A stretch of 60,187 nt of DNA. Origin: Minisyncoccia bacterium (GTDB lineage Bacteria > Patescibacteriota > Minisyncoccia > Phycocordibacterales > UBA918). The stretch spans positions 1 through 60,187 of the forward strand of contig CAXRCZ010000008.1 in NCBI GenBank assembly GCA_964229335.1. Reading direction: 5' to 3'. Shown here one piece after another: positions 1 to 9,715 of this stretch (positions within the stretch are counted from its first letter, which is position 1; each line of letters opens with the position of its first letter). The translations under genes were made by a program, and so were the position numbers. Under the pieces are notes generated by a model. That model worked only from the letters and a program-made list of their open reading frames with translations, did no database searches and was not told the origin of the DNA.

Positions 1-39
1 TCAAAAATCCGGTCGGTATTTTGCACCTAACCTACTCTC

Positions 40-1956
40 CTACTCTTTATCTTGCTTGTCTTCGCTTTCTTCTACTTCTGCTTCATGAACAGTAGTTTCA
101 TCCTCTTTTTCTGTTGTAGAGGCGTCTTCTGAAGCTGTTTCGGCTGACTGTTCAGCTGCTTTTTGCATAACTTCGCCTATTTTCTGTAGTGAACCAGAAA
201 GATTTTCAATTGCGCTGTCGATAGCAGCTTTGTCTTCCCCAACTTTCGCTTCTTGTAATTCTTTTATTTTTGAATCGATTTCTTCCTTTACATCATCTGG
301 AACTTCTTTCTCATGGTCTTTAATTGCTTTTTCAGCGGTGTAGATCATTTGTTCGGCATGATTACGACTCTCGATTAAGTCTTTTTTCTTTTGGTCTTCA
401 GAAGAATGCTCTTCCGCTTCCTTCTTCATGCGTTCAATATCATCTTCACTTAGGCCTGAGTTTGCTTCGATACGAATTGACTGTTCTTTACCAGTTGATT
501 TGTCCTTGGCTGTTACATTCAATACACCGTTACTGTCGACGTCGAAGGTTACTTCTACTTGTGGTACTCCGCGTGGTGCTGGTGGAATACCATCGAGAAC
601 AAATTTACCGAGCGATTTGTTATCCGCTGCCATTGAGCGCTCACCTTGAACGATATGAATTTCGGTCGAAGTTTGATTGTCGGCGGCGGTAGAAAATACC
701 TGTTGTTTCTTAGTTGGGATATGGGTATTTTTTTCAATCAATTTAGTGTTTACTCCCCCCATGGTTTCAATACCAAGAGAAAGTGGAATAACGTCTACTA
801 GAGTAATGTCTTGCACGTCACCTTGGAATATACCCGCTTGAATAGCCGCTCCAAGAGCTACCACCTCGTCTGGGTTGATAGAGCGATTTGGTTCCTTGTT
901 GAAGAGTTTTTTAGTGGCTTCTTGAATGGCGGGCATTCTGGTCTGTCCCCCCACTAAGATGATTTCATCAATGTCATCTTTACTTACTCCAGCTGCTTCT
1001 AGTGCTCGTTTGGTGATTTCAATTGACTTGTCGACATATTCAGAAGCTATTTCTTCTAGCTTGGCTCGAGTCAATTTGATATCAAGGTGCAGCGGACCAT
1101 CTGAGCCTTGTGAGATAAACGGGATGTTGATATCAGTCTCAGTTGTAGATGAGAGTTCCAATTTTGCTTTTTCAGCCGCTTCATCGAGGCGTTGTAGGGC
1201 CAATTTATCTTTGCCGAGGTCTACTCCATCAGATTTCTTAAATTCGGCAATGAGATGTCGTACGATTCCCTGATCAATATCACGACCACCCATGTGCGCA
1301 TCACCGTCGGTAGCTTGTACTTCAACTACATCGTCCCCAACTTCCAGTACGGTTACGTCAAAAGTACCGCCACCGAAGTCGTAGACAACGATTTTCTCAT
1401 CTTTCTTTTTGTTAAACCCATACGCCAGTGCAGCCGCGGTAGGTTCATTGATAATGCGCTTTACCTCAAGGCCAGCAATCTTCCCTGCATCTTGGGTCGC
1501 TTTTCGTTGTGAGTCGTTAAAATACGCTGGTACAGTAATCACTGCTTCGGTGATTTTTTCACCTAACTTTGCTTCAGCGTCTTGCTTTAGCTTGGTGAGG
1601 ATCATAGCTGAAACTTCCTCCGGTCGGTAGTCTTTACCGTCCATTTCAACCATGGCACCGTCATCACTTCCCTTCTTTACTTCATACGGGACAATTTCCT
1701 TGTCTTTCTGGACAGCCTTATCTTCGTAGTTATGCCCCATAAAGCGTTTAATACCGTAGATGGTATTGGTCGGATTGGTAACAGCTTGACGCTTAGCAAT
1801 TTGCCCCACCAAACGTTCCTTAGTCTTAGAGATAGCTACAATTGAAGGGGTGGTTCTGGTACCCTCTGCATTTTCAATAATAGTTGGTTCACCAGCTTCA
1901 ATCACAGCCATCGCTGAGTTAGTTGTTCCTAAGTCTATACCTAAAATTTTTGCCAT
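40..1956 (-). CDS. dnaK: Molecular chaperone DnaK (Hsp70)
   Basis: [29 protein letters not shown] and DFGGGTFD motifs; 638 aa. Confidence 0.99.
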   Translation of the reverse strand: MAKILGIDLGTTNSAMAVIEAGEPTIIENAEGTRTTPSIVAISKTKERLVGQIAKRQAVTNPTNTIYGIKRFMGHNYEDKAVQKDKEIVPYEVKKGSDDGAMVEMDGKDYRPEEVSAMILTKLKQDAEAKLGEKITEAVITVPAYFNDSQRKATQDAGKIAGLEVKRIINEPTAAALAYGFNKKKDEKIVVYDFGGGTFDVTVLEVGDDVVEVQATDGDAHMGGRDIDQGIVRHLIAEFKKSDGVDLGKDKLALQRLDEAAEKAKLELSSTTETDINIPFISQGSDGPLHLDIKLTRAKLEEIASEYVDKSIEITKRALEAAGVSKDDIDEIILVGGQTRMPAIQEATKKLFNKEPNRSINPDEVVALGAAIQAGIFQGDVQDITLVDVIPLSLGIETMGGVNTKLIEKNTHIPTKKQQVFSTAADNQTSTEIHIVQGERSMAADNKSLGKFVLDGIPPAPRGVPQVEVTFDVDSNGVLNVTAKDKSTGKEQSIRIEANSGLSEDDIERMKKEAEEHSSEDQKKKDLIESRNHAEQMIYTAEKAIKDHEKEVPDDVKEEIDSKIKELQEAKVGEDKAAIDSAIENLSGSLQKIGEVMQKAAEQSAETASEDASTTEKEDETTVHEAEVEESEDKQDKE

Positions 1957-1974
1957 AAATGATATGTGTGTAGA

Positions 1975-2571
1975 TTAATTTTGATAAATTCCAGTAGTTA
2001 CACGAGCTGGTCTAATGACTTCTGTCTTTCCGTCTAGAGTGATTTGATATCCACTTTGGACAATAGACACAACTGTATCTTCTAATTTCTTATCTGCTAC
2101 TTCTTCTGTTCCAACTGCTTCGTGCAGATTTGGATTGAATGCTTCGCCAATAGGGTCAATTTGTTCAACACCATAGCTTCTCATCAGATTTTTGAGTTGA
2201 GAATGAATACCCTCAACCCCCTTTCGCCATGACTTGTCAGCTTTTTCCCAGGCTTCAGTATCGCTCATGGCCATTTGGAAGCTGTCGACTATAGGGAGAA
2301 GCTCTTCTATGTGTTGCTTTTTAGCCCGAACCTTATCTCGCGCCCGTTCTTCTTCAAGGCGCTTACGAGCATTTAAGAAGTCGGCTTTAGCTAATTGCAA
2401 CTCATCTTGTAATTTTTGCTTGTCCTCGACGGCTGTTTTCAGTTGATCACGTAGCTTTTTTATTTTGTCGGCTGCGCGATCTTCTATTTCTTCTAATTCA
2501 GTTTCTTCGTTATCAATTTCTTCGTTGGTGACATCAATTTCAATGTCGGATTCGTTATTTTCGTTCACCAT
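1975..2571 (-). CDS. grpE: Nucleotide exchange factor GrpE
   Basis: Coiled-coil N-terminus, ADFLNARKR, FNPNLHEAV, IRPARV; adjacent to dnaK. Start placed at ATG 2571, 8 nt after TATAAT. Confidence 0.96.
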   Translation of the reverse strand: MVNENNESDIEIDVTNEEIDNEETELEEIEDRAADKIKKLRDQLKTAVEDKQKLQDELQLAKADFLNARKRLEEERARDKVRAKKQHIEELLPIVDSFQMAMSDTEAWEKADKSWRKGVEGIHSQLKNLMRSYGVEQIDPIGEAFNPNLHEAVGTEEVADKKLEDTVVSIVQSGYQITLDGKTEVIRPARVTTGIYQN

Positions 2572-2667
2572 ACGCAAGTATTATAAATCGAAAGTAAGTT
2601 TGAGTCAAAACTGCTCGCAATATTAATTGCTGAGAAAGAACCTTATCTCGATAGAGAACTGCGCCGA

Positions 2668-2784
2668 ATGATCAGGAATTCTTATTGTATTATTGCCGTG
2701 ACAGTAATCGAATTCAGAATGCCTCATGGAGATGAGGCTCCGCTTCCGTGCGAATGGGTAGTTGTCTACGAGATAGACTCGTGA
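2668..2784 (+). other. Possible small ORF (38 aa) or 5'-truncated gene remnant; frame is open from 2587
   Basis: ATG 2668 to TGA 2784 (MIRNSYCIIAVTVIEFRMPHGDEAPLPCEWVVVYEIDS), followed by a hairpin and T-run at 2811-2846; no recognisable homology. Confidence 0.3.
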
Positions 2785-2857
2785 CCAGAAACTATCTGGC
2801 AAGACATCTGAAAAGCCTCGCTAGTATAAACATTGCGCGGTTTTTTGCTTGCTTCAT

Positions 2858-2897
2858 TTAATCCCTGCTTTAATACTAGTATTAAAGCAGGGATTAA
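2858..2897. repeat. Perfect 40-bp palindrome without a loop
   Basis: TTAATCCCTGCTTTAATACTAGTATTAAAGCAGGGATTAA equals its own reverse complement. Confidence 0.95.
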
Positions 2898-2957
2898 TTT
2901 TAATTTTCTTTATTTTATCTAAACGGAAAACATTTAGTGAAGTACGAGGCATACAAG

Positions 2958-3004
2958 AAAAAAAGCTCCAAGTGGGACTAGGTTGTCCAGTACGGAGCTT
3001 TTTT
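2958..3004 (-). terminator. Intrinsic (bidirectional-type) terminator downstream of rpsI
   Basis: AAAAAAAGCTCC...GGAGCTTTTTT inverted repeat 30 nt past the rpsI stop. Confidence 0.7.
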
Positions 3005-3033
3005 CGAAGTGTAACGAAGTAATTCGTAAATAT

Positions 3034-3444
3034 TTACCGTTTAGACCAAGCTGGACGTTTGCGAGCCTTCCGCAATCCAAACTTCTTGCGTTCAACAGAA
3101 CGAGGATCTCGCTTGAGGAAGCCAGCAGATTTGAGTGGACTTCGTCGTTCAGTCTTTTCTTTTACTAACGCACGTGCGATACCGAGTCGAATTGCTTCAA
3201 CTTGTGCTGTCATACCTCCTCCGGTGACATGAGCAGAAATTGCATAGTGCTCAATACCCGCATCTTCTGTCTCTAATACAGACATGAGGTTCTTTTGCTG
3301 TGAGGCGTAAGAAAAGAATTCTTCAAATGGTTTATCGTTAACTATGATTGAAGTCTCTTTGGCTGGAGTCAAACGCACGCGTGCAGTAGCGGTCTTTCGT
3401 CGACCGATTCCTTCGATATAGGTTGTGTTCTTACTTGTAGCCAT
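3034..3444 (-). CDS. rpsI: 30S ribosomal protein S9
   Basis: GRRKTATARV, RDPRSVERKKFGLRKARK..SKR. Confidence 0.99.
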   Translation of the reverse strand: MATSKNTTYIEGIGRRKTATARVRLTPAKETSIIVNDKPFEEFFSYASQQKNLMSVLETEDAGIEHYAISAHVTGGGMTAQVEAIRLGIARALVKEKTERRSPLKSAGFLKRDPRSVERKKFGLRKARKRPAWSKR

Positions 3445-3447
3445 AGA

Positions 3448-3810
3448 CTATTCAGTTACAGTTAATTGTTTTAATAATGGTTTTTTATGTTTGTTGTTAG
3501 GCAGCATTCCAGCTACTGTTCGACGCACTACTTCACTATAACCAAGTCGATTAGCTAAATGATTCAAGGTTTCGGTCTTTCGTCCTCCTGGGTATCCAGA
3601 GTAGCTTTGGTAAATTTCCGATTCCTTTTTTTCCGGAATATCCATTTTGCTCGCATTATCAATCTGCACCTTTACATCTGACTTGATGTGACGAGCGTAA
3701 TCAGCAGTATTTTTACCAAGCAGAACTGAAGCAGCTTCAGTAGCAACTTTCCCCAGTCTCTTTCCGGTAGCGTCGATTGTATATGTTTCTGTGTTTGTTT
3801 TTATTTCCAT
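3448..3810 (-). CDS. rplM: 50S ribosomal protein L13 (short form)
   Basis: IDATGKRLGKVATEAA.VL.GK, SGYPGG, V.GMLP; next to rpsI. Confidence 0.96.
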   Translation of the reverse strand: MEIKTNTETYTIDATGKRLGKVATEAASVLLGKNTADYARHIKSDVKVQIDNASKMDIPEKKESEIYQSYSGYPGGRKTETLNHLANRLGYSEVVRRTVAGMLPNNKHKKPLLKQLTVTE

Positions 3811-3814
3811 ATGT

Positions 3815-4171
3815 CTATTCTACAAAAGAGATAACTGCTTCTTCCCTACCTGGTGAAGTCGCGCCTAGTTTTACTAATCGAGTGTATCCACCATTTCGTT
3901 CGGCAAATTTTGGAGCGATTTCAGTAAACAACTTTTGTAATGTTACAGCTTGTGGTTGACCTAACCGAGAAGCTACTAACCTTCGATTTGCAACAGTATC
4001 ATTCTTTGCTGTAGTCACTAAGCGTTCAACAAATGGTTGTAGTTCTTTTGCTTTTGCCTTGGTAGTTTTGATTTGACCATCTCGGATTAGAGACACTGCT
4101 AGGCCACGCAAAAGAGCTGTGCGTTGGTTGCGCGGTCGTGAAAGTGTTCGGTTTTTACTAGCGTGTCTCAT
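3815..4171 (-). CDS. rplQ: 50S ribosomal protein L17
   Basis: MRH..., IKTTKAKAKEL, RNGGYTR. Confidence 0.98.
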   Translation of the reverse strand: MRHASKNRTLSRPRNQRTALLRGLAVSLIRDGQIKTTKAKAKELQPFVERLVTTAKNDTVANRRLVASRLGQPQAVTLQKLFTEIAPKFAERNGGYTRLVKLGATSPGREEAVISFVE

Positions 4172-4182
4172 AGGTAAAATAA

Positions 4183-5145
4183 TTATTGATCAAGAGATAG
4201 ATCGTATGAAGATAGTATTTCTTCGATTTCTTCTAATGCTTTCGGTCCAACTCCGTCGAGCGCAAGAATATCATCTTTTTTCTTTCGCACAAGACCTCCG
4301 ATAGTTCGGATACTGGCTGTTTCTAGCGCTTCGAGTGTTCGTGGACTAAGGTCAAGAGTTTCGATTCTAGTTTTTAGTACTTCTGGATCTGGTTCAGAGA
4401 CTTCCTCACTCTCTGTTTTTGGCTCATCAACCTCTTTACTTGGTTGTTCTTCTTCTTGAAAACCAATCACTGCCTTTAACTGGTGAATCATTATTTCGAT
4501 AGCTCGTTCAAGTGCTTCTCGTGGTGAGTATGTCCCATCTGTTTCAAGAGTGATTCGAAGACGGTTATAGTCGGTTCGGTCACCAACACGCATGTTTTCT
4601 ACTTCGTAGTTTGCCCGGCGGATTGGAGTAAACACAGCGTCAAGAGCGATGGCTCCAATTTCTGTCTTGTCTTTCTTATGTACTTCACGTGGTACATAAC
4701 CAAGTCCTTTTTCTACCGTAATTTCCATTTCAAGCTTTGTGGTCTTGTTGGTAATTTCTGCAATATGTTGTTCTGGGTTAAGAATTTCGACTTGAGATGG
4801 TGCTTCAATATCAGCAGCTGTGACCATCCCGGTCCCAGATTTCTTGAGAGAGATTGTAATCGGTTCATCGCTATGAGATAGCAAACGAACTCTTCGAAGG
4901 TTCAAAAGGATGACGATAACGTCTTCTTTCACACCAGACATTGTTGAAAACTCATGGTCAACACCATTTATCTTTACTTGTGTTATTGCTGCTCCAGGAA
5001 GAGATGAGAGAATGATTCGACGAAGTGAGTTTCCTAGTGTGTGACCATATCCAGGATAAAGACCATCGATTTCAAAAGTACCTCGATTATCTTCTTCTTG
5101 TACTACTCGTGGTTTTGATGGCAGTGTGACGTTTGTTTCCAACAT
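4183..5145 (-). CDS. rpoA: RNA polymerase alpha subunit
   Basis: GYGHTLGNSLRRIILSSLPG, HEFST, alpha-CTD LDLSPRT. Confidence 0.99.
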   Translation of the reverse strand: MLETNVTLPSKPRVVQEEDNRGTFEIDGLYPGYGHTLGNSLRRIILSSLPGAAITQVKINGVDHEFSTMSGVKEDVIVILLNLRRVRLLSHSDEPITISLKKSGTGMVTAADIEAPSQVEILNPEQHIAEITNKTTKLEMEITVEKGLGYVPREVHKKDKTEIGAIALDAVFTPIRRANYEVENMRVGDRTDYNRLRITLETDGTYSPREALERAIEIMIHQLKAVIGFQEEEQPSKEVDEPKTESEEVSEPDPEVLKTRIETLDLSPRTLEALETASIRTIGGLVRKKKDDILALDGVGPKALEEIEEILSSYDLSLDQ

Positions 5146-5173
5146 AGACGGATATTATTTATATTATTAATTT

Positions 5174-5785
5174 CTATCGGCTATAGAATTCCATTACTTG
5201 CTCGGGATCAAAGAGCGTCTCGGCCGGATTGTAAACTGGCTCCCCTTTCATGGTACCGCTAAGTTGCTTGACATCAAAGCTAAGCCATGTTGGTACTGCA
5301 ACAGCTTCATGTGAGTCAGAAAGATTTACAAACAATCCATTACCCTTACTTCCTTCACGAACTGAAATAATGTCGTTTACTCGTACCTTGTGAGAAGGGA
5401 TAGTAAGCTTTCTTCCATTAACACATATGTGACCATGAGAAACTATTTGTCGAGCTAATCGACGGGTTTTGGCTAGGCCAAGACGATAAACAACATTATC
5501 TAAACGACTTTCTAGACGATTCATCAAGAAACTGACAGTTTGATGTCCTTCTCTTGCAATCGCCTCATCTACATAGCGGCGTAGTTGCTTCTCAGTAATG
5601 CCGTAGGTAAACCGCATTTTTTGCTTCTCAATGAGTTGTCGTTTGTAGTCACTCATTTGTCCTGGACGACGACCTCCTCGACGACCTCCTCTCGCTGCTG
5701 ACAATTCAAACTTTTGAGTTTGTGTCTTTTCGAAGATTGGCGCTCCTAGACGTTTTGCAATTTTAAATTTTGGTCCTATTTTCAT
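5174..5785 (-). CDS. rpsD: 30S ribosomal protein S4
   Basis: QLIEKQKMRFTYG, LESRLDNVVYRLG, ARQIVSHGHI. Confidence 0.99.
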   Translation of the reverse strand: MKIGPKFKIAKRLGAPIFEKTQTQKFELSAARGGRRGGRRPGQMSDYKRQLIEKQKMRFTYGITEKQLRRYVDEAIAREGHQTVSFLMNRLESRLDNVVYRLGLAKTRRLARQIVSHGHICVNGRKLTIPSHKVRVNDIISVREGSKGNGLFVNLSDSHEAVAVPTWLSFDVKQLSGTMKGEPVYNPAETLFDPEQVMEFYSR

Positions 5786-5797
5786 ACAAATATTGTT

Positions 5798-6229
5798 TTA
5801 TACGCGTCTAGCTTTCTTAGCTCGGGGTCCGTTAAATGGAACTGGTGTTTTGTCAGTAATCTTAGTAATAGCAATTCCTTTACCAGCAAATGCACGCAAC
5901 GCTGATTCTCGACCAGCACCGACGCCACGCACTACCACTTCGGCCTCTTTCATACCCATTTGCTGCGCTTTTTCGCCAATTATTTCTCCAACTTTCGCAG
6001 CAGCAAAAGGAGTGCTTTTACGAGACCCTTTAAATCCTAGAGCTCCGGATGAGGCCGCCATAACCGCGTTACCTTTTGGATCACACAGTGTTAGTAGCGT
6101 GTTATTGAAGGTTGCGAGCACATTTAACTTACCAGAAGCCAACTTACGCTTAGGAATGCGATTTAGAGCTCTTGAGGTTCCGGCTACGTCAGAACCTCCA
6201 CTTTTTTTCATTATTCGTTTCTTACCCAT
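5798..6229 (-). CDS. rpsK: 30S ribosomal protein S11
   Basis: ATFNNT, GFKGSRKSTPFAA, DKTPVPFNG. Confidence 0.99.
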   Translation of the reverse strand: MGKKRIMKKSGGSDVAGTSRALNRIPKRKLASGKLNVLATFNNTLLTLCDPKGNAVMAASSGALGFKGSRKSTPFAAAKVGEIIGEKAQQMGMKEAEVVVRGVGAGRESALRAFAGKGIAITKITDKTPVPFNGPRAKKARRV

Positions 6230-6261
6230 ATGTCAGTACGATAGTAATTAATAATTAAATT

Positions 6262-6639
6262 CTAGGTTTTCTCTAGCTTACGTCGACCGCTACCCATAGT
6301 CTTCTTAGCTCCTTTGAGAGTACGAGCATTGGTTTTGGTTCGTTGTCCGCGTGCTGGTAGTCTTTTCGCGTGTCGGCTACCTCGATATGAATCAATGTCT
6401 TTAAGACGCTTGATGTTAGCGGCAACTTCTCGTTTTAGCTCACCTTCAGTGCGAAAAGAGTCAATTTTATCCCTGATGGCGTTTTCTTGTTCAGTTGATA
6501 GATCTGAAGGTTTGGCAGTTGGCTCAATATTCAAATCTTCTAAGATTGTATAGGCACGTGAAAGACCAATACCGTAGATTGCAGTGAGTGCATACGGAAG
6601 CTGTTTGCTATCAGGAAGGTTAATACCAGAAATTCTCAT
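6262..6639 (-). CDS. rpsM: 30S ribosomal protein S13
   Basis: RISGINLP, ALTAIYGIG, YRGSRH..LP.RGQRTKTNART. Confidence 0.99.
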   Translation of the reverse strand: MRISGINLPDSKQLPYALTAIYGIGLSRAYTILEDLNIEPTAKPSDLSTEQENAIRDKIDSFRTEGELKREVAANIKRLKDIDSYRGSRHAKRLPARGQRTKTNARTLKGAKKTMGSGRRKLEKT

Positions 6640-6650
6640 AGTTTTGATTG

Positions 6651-6767
6651 CTATCCTTGGCGTTGCTTATGGCGAGGCTTACGCTTATTAATTACGTACA
6701 CTACCCCGCGTCGTTTGACGATTTTATCATCGGGACTAATTTTTTTTACGGATGAGCGTACTTTCAT
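6651..6767 (-). CDS. rpmJ: 50S ribosomal protein L36 (38 aa; below the ORF-track cutoff)
   Basis: Manual translation [38 protein letters not shown]; canonical position between infA and rpsM. Confidence 0.96.
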   Translation of the reverse strand: MKVRSSVKKISPDDKIVKRRGVVYVINKRKPRHKQRQG

Positions 6768-6779
6768 GAATATAATAAA

Positions 6780-7010
6780 TTAAATGCGTTTAGTGATTCG
6801 AGCCTTACCTCCGTATGGATCGATTACCATACCGACAGTGTCACCTACCAATACCCGAATGCGGAACTTGCGCATTCGTCCTGATAGATATGCAAGGACC
6901 ATATCTTCTTTACCCTCTACATTGACACGAAAAAGAGTATTTGGAAGAGCTTCTTCCACTACTCCATATACGAGGTCGTCCTTGACAGCTGATGAACTCT
7001 CTTGATCCAT
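6780..7010 (-). CDS. infA: Translation initiation factor IF-1
   Basis: GVVEEALPNTLFRV, AYLSGRMRKFRIRVLVGD. Confidence 0.98.
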   Translation of the reverse strand: MDQESSSAVKDDLVYGVVEEALPNTLFRVNVEGKEDMVLAYLSGRMRKFRIRVLVGDTVGMVIDPYGGKARITKRI

Positions 7011-7097
7011 TAAACGAGGGTGAGTCTAGCAAATTGTCTTGCTAGCGTCAATAGCAAATCTGCGATATATCCACATTTCGCTGCTAGCTTAGCAAAA

Positions 7098-8444
7098 CTA
7101 CTCATTACGTAACTCTTCTACAATGAGAATCTCTTCAGGATCTTCAGGAAAACTACGCTTCCAGAATGGTGTGATACTTACGCGAGCTCCTTCGATGCCT
7201 GGGTAGGCTGTAATAGCGTTGTTGATGGCGGTTTTTGGTAGACCAGCCAAATCCTCTCGTAACGTCTCTACATCGTAACCCCAGATTAACAGTGGCCTCC
7301 CCTCTAAAGTAAAGCGGATTTCAGACTCTGTTGGAACGGTTGTGGTGCTGGTGGTAGCGTTCACGTATGAAAACGTTAGCGCTTCAGGATTATCAATCCT
7401 AATTGGTGTGCCTGAAGTATAGGTAGGTACAGTTTCACTTGCAATAAACTCTGCAAAATCATCATTGGCAAAGATAGGAACTCTCAATGTACCCTGCTCT
7501 CGCACAACCACCATATCACCATCAGATTCCACGGTTGGTAGCTGTTCAAAGCTGAAACTGACTGCTTCTGAGAAGACCACAAACCCATTTGGTCGTTCTG
7601 TTTGCAGTCTTGCCTCAAGATCAGTCCTTAGTTCTGCTTGTAAACGCTCTCTTGCGGTAGCTAAATCAGCATCATCGACTTGATATTGTGGACCATCAAA
7701 ACCTCCTGTGAATGCAGTTGGGTTACTGGCCGTAATTGAGTTGTAGAGATCAGTTAAGCCACTTTCTTCAAATCCTGGGATATCAAAGGTAGTGTTAGCA
7801 GCCAAGTTATATTCTTCACCTACTGCATCAGCAAACACTTCAATTTCTATCGTGCCAGGGTTTGTGTCACCACTTTGGCCTTCAGTTGCACCTGGCACTA
7901 CTACCGATTCATCGATTCTGAATATCAACCCATCTGGACTTCGAAATCGAGTGTTTTTAATTAAACGTTCTGAACCGGGAGTGGTTTTGCGTATAACAAT
8001 AGTTCCTTGAGCTTGCTGCTGGACCGTTGTTTGTCCAGTAGCGGCCACTTGGGTTTCTTTAGTGTCTTGTAACGTCAAAATTTCGTAACGCAATGGAGAA
8101 TTCTCATCAGTAGCCGACGCAGTGAATTCGGCGTTTACAGTCGGTTCTCGGTGTTCTGGATAGATAGTTAACTCAGTTTTCCCTAGAATCAGACTGAGCA
8201 ACAGAGCTCCACCAACAATGACTAAAAAGGCGATGATAGAAAATATTAATCGCTTTTTGCCGCTATTAGGCTTTATCCTCTTTCGCTCAGTACTTATTGA
8301 TTCGTTATTAGAAAAATTAATTTCTTCTCGCTGCTCTGCCGGCTGTTTATTTTCGGTAGAGACATCTGCTACTTGGTTTGTTTTTTTGCGCTTGCGAGGT
8401 TCTGGCGGTCGAATATCCTGCAAGTTCCATTTTTGTGAAGACAT
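7098..8444 (-). CDS. Membrane-anchored protein with baseplate-J-like extracellular region (CPR-type hypothetical)
   Basis: Charged N-tail, one TM helix (LIFSIIAFLVIVGGALLLSLIL), then beta-rich segment (LIKNTRF...FR....VVVPG...VFAD..GEEYN...FTGG) resembling baseplate J/gp47-like proteins. Confidence 0.55.
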   Translation of the reverse strand: MSSQKWNLQDIRPPEPRKRKKTNQVADVSTENKQPAEQREEINFSNNESISTERKRIKPNSGKKRLIFSIIAFLVIVGGALLLSLILGKTELTIYPEHREPTVNAEFTASATDENSPLRYEILTLQDTKETQVAATGQTTVQQQAQGTIVIRKTTPGSERLIKNTRFRSPDGLIFRIDESVVVPGATEGQSGDTNPGTIEIEVFADAVGEEYNLAANTTFDIPGFEESGLTDLYNSITASNPTAFTGGFDGPQYQVDDADLATARERLQAELRTDLEARLQTERPNGFVVFSEAVSFSFEQLPTVESDGDMVVVREQGTLRVPIFANDDFAEFIASETVPTYTSGTPIRIDNPEALTFSYVNATTSTTTVPTESEIRFTLEGRPLLIWGYDVETLREDLAGLPKTAINNAITAYPGIEGARVSITPFWKRSFPEDPEEILIVEELRNE

Positions 8445-8466
8445 ATATGATTACAGTATAGCTTTT

Positions 8467-9660
8467 TTACACATAGTCAAAATGCAGACAATGGTTTGGT
8501 TTGTGGAAAAACTGACTCGCAAGCCAAATACGCGAATCAAAATCTGTAGCTATATCATTGGTCCAGCAAATAGTTGGCTCCGTCAGATATACAGTGCTAG
8601 CACTATCTTTTATGAGTTTAGTATAAAGTGCTTTTTCTGATAATTCTGCATTTAATAAAATGGTTTTTGGTAGTGAAAGTGAATTACCTGTAGAAGAAAG
8701 TGTGTCGGATAGTGAGGCAGAGTAATGGCCAAAAATTTTATTTATCTTATTTTGTATAGCTTTGCTTTTCTTGCTAAAAAACTCGAGAGGTTGCTCATGT
8801 GAAAGATATCCATGTACTTCTGCCTCTGAGACACCGAGCACATCAGTTATTTCTTGAACCAAGGTATGACTTCCTAACGGAGCAGAATCAGTGAATTCTA
8901 GAATCCCCTCTCTCACTACGCCAACTTCTGTCGCAGCGGCCGTAACATCAATCAAACAAACATTGTTAGCAAAGGATGGTATGGCAATTGTCATGCAATA
9001 GTAGCTATACATAAACGAATGAATTCTCATAGAAAGGTTGGGAAAAAGCTTGTGCTTAATTTCTTGGAGAGAGTCATACAAGAAATCAGGAACTACGACC
9101 GTGGTTCGGGACATGTCGACCTGTTTCGCTTGTCTTCCGTCAAGACTTACTACCGAATAGCCATTGGCTTTAAGCTTATGAGTTGCTCTAGCTACTACTT
9201 GCAGACCATAGTTTTCTAGTACATCGTCTTCACTTAGTTCATCTTTGATTTTTTTATCAGCTTCAACAACAAGTTTAGAGATAAAACTATCTGTAATTTT
9301 AAATGGTTCTGGTTCAGAATACGAAATATTTCTAGTTACGGTTTGTGCCCATGGTGCAGAAACGGCGACCTCTACTCGCTGCAAGTTAGCAGACGAGTTA
9401 GACTCGTTTAATTTTGAGCGACCAGCCGTGTCGAACTTCATCATGACGTTCATCAAAGCAGCCAAAATTGCCTTGGCTTGTTGCTCTTGATTAGCATCTG
9501 TTTTTACTGCAGTAAGAACCTTTTCAGACCATATTACTACTGGTTCTGCTTTCGATTTATTTGAGCAAACAATGGCAGCGCTAACGCTACCAGAACCAAT
9601 GTCAATTACTAAACCGTAGCATTTCTCACTAGTAACCCGTGATAGTAGTCCCATACCCAT
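8467..9660 (-). CDS. Divergent FtsA/PilM-like actin-fold protein
   Basis: VIDIGSGSV phosphate-1-like and LIDVTAAATEV phosphate-2-like motifs. Start moved to ATG 9660 because the longer ORF overlaps alaS. Confidence 0.6.
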   Translation of the reverse strand: MGMGLLSRVTSEKCYGLVIDIGSGSVSAAIVCSNKSKAEPVVIWSEKVLTAVKTDANQEQQAKAILAALMNVMMKFDTAGRSKLNESNSSANLQRVEVAVSAPWAQTVTRNISYSEPEPFKITDSFISKLVVEADKKIKDELSEDDVLENYGLQVVARATHKLKANGYSVVSLDGRQAKQVDMSRTTVVVPDFLYDSLQEIKHKLFPNLSMRIHSFMYSYYCMTIAIPSFANNVCLIDVTAAATEVGVVREGILEFTDSAPLGSHTLVQEITDVLGVSEAEVHGYLSHEQPLEFFSKKSKAIQNKINKIFGHYSASLSDTLSSTGNSLSLPKTILLNAELSEKALYTKLIKDSASTVYLTEPTICWTNDIATDFDSRIWLASQFFHKPNHCLHFDYV

Positions 9661-9715
9661 AGTATAGATATAGTATACAGCGACCCTAGCGACTAAATAA
9701 GTAAAGTGGGTATTA

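Noticed and set aside
7098-8444. Prophage tail or baseplate module
   Set aside because: Single TM-anchored gene in a housekeeping context with no other phage structural genes
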